Source: Callorhinchus milii
Lineage: Eukaryota
Length of the DNA stretch: 64,000 nucleotides
Assembly: GCF_018977255.1 (NCBI RefSeq)
Contig: NW_024704743.1
Location: 69,690,001 to 69,754,000 of the forward strand
Direction of reading: 5' to 3'
Under the pieces are notes generated by a model. That model worked only from the letters and a program-made list of their open reading frames with translations, had not been told where the DNA came from and did no database searches. Shown piece by piece: positions 50,233-60,905 of the stretch (within the stretch, counting starts at the first letter, position 1; each line of letters opens with the position of its first letter). Position numbers and translations under genes: made by a program.

Positions 50233-50676
50233 TAATAATAATAATAATAATAATAATAATCCTTGCATTTGATATAGCACTTTTCACATCTTCTAGATGT
50301 CTCAAAGTGCTTCACAGAATATAGAGTAAAGTGAATTGACTGTATATTTGTGGGCGAATCGTGGCAGCCAATTGGCACAGCAGTGTCCCACAAACAGTCG
50401 TGACCAAATTGAGTGACCAAATTATTAATATTGTTATTATTTTTTAAAGGGATTATTATCCCTGGAATAGCAATAGCTAATTGAGCGATCCGCTATAGCG
50501 ATAACTAATGGCGATCCGCTAATTGAGTAACAACCGGGTTCCTACTTACTTACTGCTAGGTAAACAGAAGTGTGTGGAGTAAGGAAACTTGCCCAACGTT
50601 TCGCCCTGCCGGGAATCAAGCCCAGGTCTCTTACTTGTGAGGCGAGTGCTCTAACCACTGAGCTACAGGACTCCAC
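50233..50676 (-). mobile_element. tRNA-headed SINE, long subfamily, nested in an old L2 tail
   Basis: Full length, with AGGATAAT duplicated at both junctions. Confidence 0.93.
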
Positions 50677-50869
50677 AGGATAATGTCTCAAAGTGCTTCA
50701 CAAAGTTGGGGTCAGATGCTGGGAGAGAGCAAGGATGGATGGTTGACTGCGGGTACAGTAAAAAGAAGTAAGCTTTTAGATGAGATTTGAAGACAGATAG
50801 AGAGGAGGTGAGACAGAGGGGTAGAAGGAAGGAGTTTCAGAGATTACGGGTATTGTGACACCCGATTCT

Positions 50870-51815
50870 TTCTTTCTGCCTTCACCCTCGACTCCAGGAC
50901 CACTGCTGTTCTCAAAGAATGTTTGTTAGACATCAAGTCCTGGATGAGAGATAACTTTCTACAGTTGAACATCAATAAGACCGAGGCTCTCCTGATTGGC
51001 TCTCGTCAGCTCCCCCTCACCTCAGGCACTGACAGCGTCACCATCCACGGTTGCACACTCCACCTCACTAAGCCAGTCTGGAACCTTGGGGTCTTGTTTG
51101 ACCCTCAACTGTCCTTTCTACCCCACCTGTGCCATGACCTGCTCTGCCTTCCCCCACCTCCACAACATCGCCCGGTTCCGCCACTGTCTCACATCGCAGG
51201 CCGCTGAAACCCTCATACATGCATACGTAACATCCAGGCTCAACTATGCTAACTCCCTGCTTGTTGGCCTCCCAAGCTCCTCCCTCCATAGGTTGCAGAT
51301 CAGCCAGAACTCTGCAGCCCGTGTCCTCTCCCGTACCAGGCTCAGTGACCCTATCACCCCATCCTCGCCCAACTCCACTGGCTTCCCATCACACAGAGGA
51401 TACAGTTCAAGATCCTGGTCCTCACTTTCAAAGCTCTCCATGGCCTTGCTCCCCCCTGCCTCTGTGACCTCCTAACCCCCTACCAACTTGTCCGCTCCTT
51501 CCACTCAGTGAGCTCCGGCCTGCTTCATGTCCACCACCTCGCTCGCCCCACCATTGGTGTGCGGGCCTTCAGACACTCTGCCCCCACTCTCTAGAACTCC
51601 ATCCCGCACTCCACCTTGCCCTCTCCCTTGCCTCCTTCAAGACCTGTCTCAAGACCCTCCTCTTCAACTGTGCCTTCAGTCACCCTCCTTCCCCCACTGC
51701 CCTCCACACTCCGCGATCCCAAACCCTCAGCTAGAGTCCGAAACACTGATTGTCCAGTGCCTTGGGACGTCCTCTCGACATGAAAGGTGCTATACAAATG
51801 TCATTTTGTTGTTGT
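50870..51815 (+). mobile_element. L2 LINE 3' fragment
   Basis: DIKSWMRDNFLQLNINKTE, TLIHAYVTSRLNYANSLL; stem-loop tail plus (TTG)n. Confidence 0.92.
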
Positions 51816-53179
51816 GTCACTCTTTTCCCCATTCATGTTCTTTCTTCTTTCCATTTCTATCTCTGCACTACTATTTTACTCTATTTTTATCATGATAAAT
51901 TTTGTCCGCTCCAGAATCTCTGTTAATCCTGGCAGGTTTCGGGTAAAGACAAAAGACACAAGGCACAAAATAGTAATTACGTTTGGAACAATATCTTTCA
52001 CATCAGGAGGACATTTCAAAAAGCTTCACAGGATATATTGTAAAGTGGAGTGACTGTGTTCTGGGTGAAAGAAACAGCGAATTTGCCCACAGCAAAGTCC
52101 CACAAACGCATGTCTCACCTAACAATCAGTAAGTGCCAGGAAGCTATGGCTACAGCTATATTTTTCCAAAGTCCCATTACTATGTTGGACTCCCTTGACT
52201 TTCACTTGAAACAATTGAAGGAGGTTGGGTCACTAACCCCTGCAGTAATATCCATTGTTTCCCAATTGATTAACATTTCAGTTGTTCTCTGAGATTTCCT
52301 CTGGGCTTGAGTTAAGAATATTTACTCAATTGTTTTCTTCTGTTTCCAAGATTATATTTCAACAGGAAACTCCTGTACGTTTACATAAGTGAGAAAGAAC
52401 TCAAAAAGATGGCATTTTACTTGCACCTATAATGTCAAAATGTCTCAAACTACTTCACAAATAATTGCTATAAAATCTAGTGACTCATTGTGTGAGCAAC
52501 CACTTGTGCCAGCAAAGTCCCTCAAACTGTGTGGTGAGTGACCAATTTATGTGGAGGACTGTTGGTCAGAACACTGGAAGAAGCTCTCTTCTCTTTAAAA
52601 GTGCCATCAGATCTTCAACACCCTGTTTCTGCAGGCTTCATTAAGATTGACACCATATTGATATTTAGAATGACTTGCTTCTCTTTTATCCTGTGCATCA
52701 ACTGTGACGTTCAATATCAAATATGGTGCTGCTCAGGAAGAAACCAAAAACAACATGCGTTTATCATGGCACTTGGCAGTAATTTAATTTCTGTGAGACA
52801 TTTTGACATAAGGTCCTATAAAAATTATTTCTTATTTCCAACAGCTAAAACAATTGCCAACTATTCTAGCTTGGAAGGAACATCCAACAGAGCTGTATTC
52901 TTTCCCTGCTGTGTTTTCAAGCCTTTATCAGTTTGCATTACCAAATTCTAGGTTGAGATTTTTCAATTGGATATCAGGAATAATAAAATATCTTAAAATG
53001 AGCACAAGTACCTTTTGATATAAATCTTATGCTTCTACTCTGTTTTTGGCGATTGAGCAATTAGGTGCTCTCTCTAATTTTAGTGATGGATACTGGCAAT
53101 GAACTGTAAGGATGATGTTACACTTCAGGATACCAGTGATATTCTCAATGCAACCATCACTGGGTCTTATAACAGAGAC

Positions 53180-53320
53180 CCTGCTGTGTGCAATTGGCTG
53201 TAACGTTTCGCCCACAAATATACAGTCAATTCACTTTACAGTATTTCTGTGAAGTGCTTTGAGATGTCTAGAAGATGTGAAAAGCGCTATATCAAATGCA
53301 AGGATTATTATTGTTATTAC
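53180..53320 (+). mobile_element. SINE 3' fragment
   Basis: GCTGTGTGCAATTGGCTG...CAAATGCAAGG(ATT)n. Confidence 0.88.
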
Positions 53321-55224
53321 TGACAAGTTCACTGAAAACAATTGTCTTTTTTTCATTTTATTCAAGTGATGCTGGATTGCTGCTTGCATGTGACATTTCT
53401 CAAAGAAAGCACAGGTTCCCTGGTCAGGGCTCGGATTTAGATTGCTTAATTTAGATTGTTCTGCAGCATGGGGAGATCCGACTAGGAATTACTGATGTGG
53501 AAACACAGGCAGGATAGTGTGAAACCCTTTTATTCCCAATTTATTCATTTATCAGCTAAACCTTTAAAAAAGTTAGAATCAGGTTTCAAAATTTCAGTTA
53601 TGTTGCATATTGCTTTAAGACTTAATTGGTAATTGGACATTGACAATGAGAAGCAAGAAGCAAAAATGGGTTCTGGGAAAGTAACTGGGCAGATTGTGGA
53701 AGAGAGTGGAAGTGTAAGGTTTAAATAAAGAAACTAGTGAATCTAAACTGTTTTGGATTCACAAATATTACAAGACAAATAGGACAATATTTAATTTCAA
53801 CATCCTTTTTTTTTCTCTGTCTATTTATGTTAGTTTTAATATTTGATTTAAATAACATCATCGGGGGAGGAGGTTGGCAATTAACCTGAATCTAACACTT
53901 GCGGAGCTGAAATTAAGATGAGTAGATCCATTTAGTAGCACGGTGTGTTGAGAGATCCTGTCATTAAACTGTGTTAATTTTGCTCCTTGATACTTGTGAC
54001 TCTGTGACTTATCCACATTCACCCGCCCAGTTGGATAATGACTATCAAGCTCAAACAAAAAGATTAAAGTGCAAAAATGGACGGAGAAAGAAGAGATGTT
54101 AAAGTTCATCATGATTCTTTTGAATAATTTGGGAGAAATTTGGCAAATTTATCATTTATTGACAGTTTTTAGTAAATGTGCCTGATAAAAAGATTTCCAA
54201 TTAAGAACATAATGAAGCATACAGCAAGAAAAAGATATGCAGTCCATCACAAGAGAGGATAAAATAGGCCCTTTGGCCCTATTTGATCTGATCCTTCCAT
54301 AATACATTCCCTTATGTCCTCTCATTACTGAATCAAGCTGTATCTTAAATGACTGCAGTTCTCAAACATCCTTCCTGGTAACCTGTTCCATCTGTAAGTT
54401 TTTTCTTTCGTAGGTGAAATAAGGACACCAGCAAGTGAGCAATTGCAAAAGATCATATTTCTTCACATCTGCTCCTTTAATTTCAAGCATTTTATCATGA
54501 TTTCCATCACAACCAAAGCAGGAAGTGATGTTAATAATGATCTAATGACCCAGAAGATGGCTGTTTTACCTCCCTACTATTAGTACATTCTCCAACCCCA
54601 TTGACAAGCCTGGTGCAGGAGAGGACGTGAGCTGCAGAGTCTGGAATATCTGAAGCTTGTGGAGGGAAGGCCGACAAGCAGGGAGTTGGCAAAGTCGAGC
54701 CGAGATATAATAAATGTATGGATGAGGGTTTCGGCGGCCTGAGAGGAGAGGCAGTGACAGAGCCTTGGTGATGTTGTGGAGGTGGGGAAAGGCAGAGAAG
54801 GAAACAGAAAGTGATGTTGGTGGTATTTTGATGATATGGAAGTTGGCATATTTTTCTTTCAGTTGGGGAACAGGGTAATCCTCAGGGGCAAACCATCTGG
54901 CTGTGTGCAGATGTAGTGAAACCAGCTATGATGCCTTGTATCCAGATTTATTGAACCCAAACACATATTGCATAGAATTACATAAACTGTTACAGCATGG
55001 AAACAGGCCATTCAGTCCAACTGGTCTGTACTATTGTTCATTCTCCATGTTATAACAAGGCTTTATTGCGGTTCTATTTCTAGTGCTTGAGAAATGTATG
55101 CATTGCTCGATATCTTTAATGAAAATTTGGGGCTTTAGAATTTAAGACAATGTTGCCCCAGATTTCAGACACCAATCTGCTTAGAGAAATACTTCCTGAT
55201 GCCTGTCCTAAAATTGTGCTTTCA

Positions 55225-56010
55225 CAACAACAACTTGCATTTATGCAGCGTTCTTCATGCAGGTAGTTTCGCTGAGCACGAGCTCAGGCCAAGCCAGGGA
55301 GAGAAAGGAGGTGACTGTAGGCACTGTCAAAGAGGTTTATTGGTGTAATCTGAAGATGGAAAGGAGGGGCCAAGGCAGACAGATTGAGGCAGAGATTTCC
55401 AGAGTTTGGGGTTCAGTGGCTGAAATCCCGGACTCCAATAATAATAATAATAATAATCCTTGCATTTGATATAGCGCTTTTCACGTCTTCTAGACATCCC
55501 AAAGCGCTTTACAGAATATACTGCAAAGTGAATTGACTGTATATTTGTGGGCGAATGAGGCAGCCAATTGCACACACCAATGTCCCACAAACAGTCATGG
55601 ACTGAAAATGACCAATTTATTATTGTTTTGTTTTTTGGAGGGATTATTATTAGGTGTATGGAGTAAGGAAACTTGCCCAAGGTTTCGCCCTGTCTGGAAT
55701 TGAACTCAGGTCTCTCACTTGCAAAGCGAGTGCTCTAACCACTGAGCTACAGGACTCCAATGTTGGGACCGAGGGGGCGAGGAACGTGTAGAAGGCTGGA
55801 GCCAACTGAGCAGCAGAGGTGGATAGTGGAGTGGGGTGTAAGCAGGTCAAAGAGCTGGGAGGTGTCAGGATGTGAATTGATTTGTAAATAAGTGTGAGGA
55901 TCTTGAAGTCGAACCATTCTGCAGTAGGGAACCAGTAGAGCCTGGCAAGGACTGGGGTGATGGGAGTATGGAGTTTGGTGTAAGTGAACATGCCCTCTGT
56001 CCTGCTGCCT
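55225..56010 (-). mobile_element. Old L2 3' fragment containing a full short-subfamily SINE (55436-55759, minus)
   Basis: ITPVLARLYW...DFKILTLIYKS; the SINE is flanked by GGACTCCAAT on both sides. Confidence 0.88.
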
Positions 56011-56019
56011 TGCATATCT

Positions 56020-56330
56020 GAAAGCATTATTTTGCATTTACTTTATCAATTCCATTTAGAATCTTGTTTTCCTCTGCAAGACCCCTTCTGAGATACCATT
56101 TTTCAAGGCTGATGAACTCCAGCTTATTTAATCATTCCTCAAAGGTCAACCCATCAAACCCGTTCCTTCCATTGTCACTCGCATCCAACCCAATTATGAA
56201 CTTTGCACCACTGACCAATTCTCCTGGGGCAATGTATTGTATAGTTACACCCTGAATTCCAAAAGTAGTTGAGCGAAAATACCCTCCCACATCTGCAAAA
56301 ATCCATCTCACATCTGCAATATTCAACACT
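56020..56330 (-). mobile_element. Very old CR1 fragment
   Basis: GLTFEE*LNKL...LEK..LR..L...KILNGIDKV-like translation. Confidence 0.6.
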
Positions 56331-57204
56331 GGCCTCCTTCCCTCCCTGCTTCCCAGGCAACATCCCACCAGCCCAGCTCCAACAGCACAAAATGACTCGT
56401 CTACGTTAATGGCAATGGATCAGTGAAAATTACCATCTGCTCCTGATTTTGGCTTTTGCAAACAGTTGGGGTGGTAAGTCATCACTGAACACCCAATAAG
56501 AAGTTTTAGAAATAAAGTGTGGCAAAACAAGGCTCTGTCCTCAGGAGAAAAAGATCCCAACCAAGATGGAATCATGACAATTGGATAGGAGAATAAGTTA
56601 TTATTTTTAGATAAAAATGAATCTATTCTTCACATCGCAAATGAGCCAGATGTCTTTCCCTCTTTGCCTGCGATATTGCTGAAATCAGATTTAAAAACGT
56701 CTGAACTCTGCCAAGTGGCAAATTAAAATATGTAAATAGCAGCTTTACCAGTCGTGGAAAATTGTGGCAGTGAAGACAGTGACTGTTTCCCATCAGCAGT
56801 CATTAAACCCACTGCGTCACTCATTTCTGGAAGAAACTAAGGTTCCCTCATTAATACTAATTGCACAGCAGTAATAAAATGCTAGCAAGACCACATCTTT
56901 TTTAAATAAAACATTGGAATTATCGTATTGCTGCAAATATAAGACAACATCAACATCACCCCCACACCAACAAAATATCCAAGTTATTGTTGTGGAAGAA
57001 AATTAAATATGGTAAACTCTTGATAACTCGACCCTGGCTTAACTACCCACTCTCATCTCAGTCAGGCCAATTGGTGTCCAGCGAGCCAATTCCATCTGGC
57101 CCCCTCCATTACATCTGGCCCATCTGCTCCCTCCAGAATCCATAAATGTTTTGATTCTGTAAGGGAAACACAAAAATATTGCTTATGCAGCCTGCGGTTG
57201 CATC

Positions 57205-57545
57205 CAGAGGGTATAAAAAGAATATAGCTGCGAGAGCCTTACTCGAGCAGAGGGCCCAGAGTGAGCTACGTCTGGAGTGAGGCGAGGCCAGAGTGAGAAG
57301 GAATTGGGTGAGAGTGTGAATTAGGTGCAGAGAGGGAAGCAGGTGTAAGGTTGTAGTATATCTTCTAAGGTAGGAGAGCGCGGGGCGGAACCGAGGCCTA
57401 GCCGTGTATATAAAGCACAGCCAGGTGAGGAGCCACTCAATCGGGAGTGGAGGTAGGAGCTGAGGTAAGTGAGGGGGTGGGGCAAGCGCGTTTCACAAAG
57501 TGAAGTCGGCGTGACGTCACAGTTAATAAAAAAAATTATAAAAAA
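57205..57545 (+). promoter_or_regulatory. TE-like promoter cassette with tandem TATA/Inr units
   Basis: TATAAAA 57212 (Inr-like A at 57241), GC box 57382, TATATAAA 57407 (CCACTC A at 57435), donor GTAAGT 57465, CRE TGACGTCA 57512, TATAAAA 57537. Confidence 0.55.
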
Positions 57546-57567
57546 CCCAGCAACAACAACAACAACA

Positions 57568-60500
57568 ATGGCCCGGCAGCCACTGCCACTTGGCCATGAC
57601 CTGGGAGGCTTAAGCCTGAGGCCTGATGCTGTCCTGCTGATCGCTCGCTCCCGGTCTCTGCCTGTGCATTTTGGCTGCCGCCCCAACCCGAGTTTCCACT
57701 AAATGTCTCTCCTTCCACCCCCCTCTATGTCTCTCCTCCTGCCCCCTCTATCCGCTACTCCCCCTCTGTCCTTCTCTCCCACCGCCCTCCCCGCCTTCTC
57801 TCTCTCCTCGATCCCATCACCACTTCCCTCTGCTCCAGCCCGGGCATCCTCCGCCGGGCCCATCATGGCTTCCGTCACTGGCTGTCCCAGAGCAGCAACC
57901 CCACGTGTCCAATCATTCACTCCCTCCGCTCAAACCGCCTCCTTAAGGCAAATCCTACTTCCCCCTCTCTCATACGTACCCTCCCCAACTCTCCACTCAC
58001 ACCACTCACCACAACCATCTCTCCTGCACAACCCAAAATCCTCTCTGCACCACTCTCTCCTCCCTCCCCTCCCTCCAGCAAACTCACCCGCATTTCCCTC
58101 CAAAATGTCCGCTCACTCTCAAATAAAGCCCTCACTATCCACAACCTCATCCTGGACGAGCACCTTGACATTCTTGGGCTCACCAAAACCTGAATCTCCC
58201 GCAATGACCCCGTCCCCCTAGTGGAAGCCTCCCCTCCAGGCTATACCTTCCACCACACCCCCTGTCCAAACCAACATGGCGGCGGGGTGGCCCTCATTTT
58301 CAAAGCCTCCCTTGGTCTCACCCCCTACTCCTCTGGCTGCTTCCCCTCCTTCGAGCATCTCAACCTCTTCCATCCCTCTCTCCCTTTGAAATATCCTCCT
58401 TGTCTGCCACCCCCCCAAGTCCCCCGGCTCCTTCCACACAGACATCTCTACTCTCCTCTCTTCCCTGTCCCTCTGCTCCGAGCGCCTGCTCATAATGGGC
58501 GATTTCAACCTCCACCTAAACTCCCCTTGCACCACTTCAGCCGATTTCACTGTCCTCCTCTCCTCCCTAAATCTTATCCTCATATAAATTCACCCACCTA
58601 CAACCGCGATCATGCACTTGACCTCACTATCACCCACGGCCTTGACATTTCCGACCTCAGCATAGTGGACAAGGCCATCTCAGACCACTTTTTCATCTCC
58701 TTCTCCTCTCACATCCCTCTCTCCTCCACCAAGCCCTCAACCATCCTCTACTGCCCTTGGAAAAGGCTACCCCCCGAGACCCTCATAAAGGCCCTTTCAT
58801 CATCAAACATCCTATCCCTCTGGCCCTCCATCCACGGAGATCCTATCACCACCCCCATTCTACATTCCTTCCTCCCCATCTCTCCATCCTCCCTCTCACC
58901 CACCATCACCTCCATGAATCCCACCACCTGCTGCCTTGATCCCCTCCCCACCAACTTGCTGGTCACCCAGCTCCCCCTCCTCTACCCACTACTGGCTGAC
59001 ATCATCAACCAATCCCTTGCCTCCGGATCAGTCCCTGCCTCCCTCAAAACTGCTGTCATCACCCCCCTTCTGAAAAAACCCTTCCTGGATCCCTCAAACC
59101 CCAGCCACTACCGCCCTATTTCTAACCTGCCCTTCCTCTCAAAAGTTCTAGAACGCATCATTGCCAACCAACTTCGCGTACACCTCTCCTCCCACTTCCT
59201 CTTCGAAACCCTCCAGTCTGGTCTCCGCCCTGCCCACAGTACAGAGACTGCGCCCACAGTACAGAGACTGCACTTGTCAAAGTCACAAACGACATCCTCT
59301 CTATGTGTGACCAGGGCTCCCTCTGCCTCCTTGTTCTCCTGGACCTCTCTGCTGCGTTCGACACAGTCGATCATGCCATCCTCCTCCACTGCCTTTCCTC
59401 CGTCATCCACCTCAGTGGGACCGCACTCGCCTGGTTCGAATCCTACCTCACAAACCGCCAGCAGTACATCTGCACAAAAGGCTTCTCCTCCCGCTCTCAC
59501 CCGGTCACTTGCGAAGTACCCCAAGGATCCATCCTTGGCCCCCTCCTCTTTCTGATCTACATGCTCCCTCTTGGGGTTGTCATCCGCAGACATGGGATAC
59601 ATTTCTACATGTATACAGATGACACCCAACTCTATTTTTCCACCTCTCTTTGCGACCCCCAGTCCCCTGATGTTCTGTCAGCCTGCCTGTCAGATCTCAG
59701 GGGCTGGATGAGCGCAAACTTCCTTCAGCTGAACGTTGACAAGACGGAAGCCAAACTCTTTGACTCTCATCAACATCTAAAATCTCACGGCTCTCACTTC
59801 CTCCACCTACCCGACCTCCACCTAAAACTCTCCGAACCCGTACGTAACGTAGGCGTCAGGTTCGACCCCCAATTATCCTTCCTCCGCCACATCCGGTCTC
59901 TCACCAGCACCGCCTTCTACCACCTCCGACGCATCGCCCGTCTCTGCCAATACCTCTCCCCAAAAGCCGCTGAAACCCTGGTCCATGCCTTTGTCACCTC
60001 TCGGCTGGACTACTCTAACGTCCTCCTCGCCGGTCTCCCATCAACTACCATCGTGGAGTCCTGTAGCTCAGTGGTTAGAGCACTCGCTTTGCAAGTGAGA
60101 GACCTGAGTTCAATTCCAGGCAGGGCGAAACCTTGGGCAAGTTTCCTTACTCCACACGCCTAATAATAATCCCTCCAAAAAACCCAAAACAATAATTAAA
60201 TTGGTCATTTTCAATCTACGACTGTTTGTGGGACATTGCTGTGCGCAATTGGCTGCCGCGTTCGCCCACAAATATACAGTCAATTCACTTTACAGTGTGT
60301 TCTGTGAAGCGCTTTGGGACGTCCTCCTGACGTGAAAAGCGCTATATCAAATGCAAGGATTATTATTATTATTATTATTATTATCCATAAAATCCAACTC
60401 ATTCAAAACTCTTCCACCCGCATTCTCACCCACATGAAACTCCACTCCCCGATCATCCCAGTCCTTGTCAGGCTGCACTGGCTGCCTATCCCAGAGAGGA

Positions 60501-60905
60501 TCAATTTCAAGATCCTCACCCTTGTATTTCAAGTCCCTGCACTCCACTGCACCCCCCTACCTCTCCGACCTCTCTCCTCAAAACAGTACCCTCTGCCTTC
60601 ATTTCTCCAGGTCTGGCCTTCTCCTCGTCCCCCGAGTCCTCCGCTCCTCCGCTCCACCCTCGGCGGCCGTGCCTTTAGCCACTATGCCCCGAGGCTCTGG
60701 AACTGCCTTCCTCATTCCCTTCGTCTCACCCCTCCCTTCCCATTTTCAGGTCTCTGCTGAAGACCTTTCTTTTTGACCGCGTCTTTGGTCACCTTCCTCC
60801 CCCTCCCCCTGGCTCGGTCCCGGGATCCGCTACTGTAAAGTGCTCTGAGACGCCGTCCGGCCTGGCGGGCGCTATATAAATCCAAGTTGTTGTTGTTGCT
60901 GTTGC
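57568..60905 (+). mobile_element. Longest L2 LINE in the window (APE endonuclease plus RT), inactive
   Basis: Endonuclease motifs (QNVRSL, GGGVALI, GDFN, LDL, ISDHF) and RT ([43 protein letters not shown]). Disabled by frameshifts, an apparent deletion near 58850, a 20-bp tandem duplication at 59232-59271 and a nested SINE. Confidence 0.95.
60053..60384 (+). mobile_element. tRNA-headed SINE, short subfamily, full length, nested in L2 ORF2
   Basis: Removing it restores ...GLPSTTI|HKIQLIQNS...; intact A/B boxes and a long (ATT)n tail. Confidence 0.97.

Noticed and set aside
60057..60127. Genuine tRNA-Ala gene
   Set aside because: It continues into a SINE body and tail, has many diverged siblings and interrupts an L2 ORF.
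58221..60163. 444-aa and 286-aa ORFs as an active retrotransposon or host gene
   Set aside because: Frameshifts, an internal deletion, a 20-bp duplication and a SINE insertion disable ORF2.
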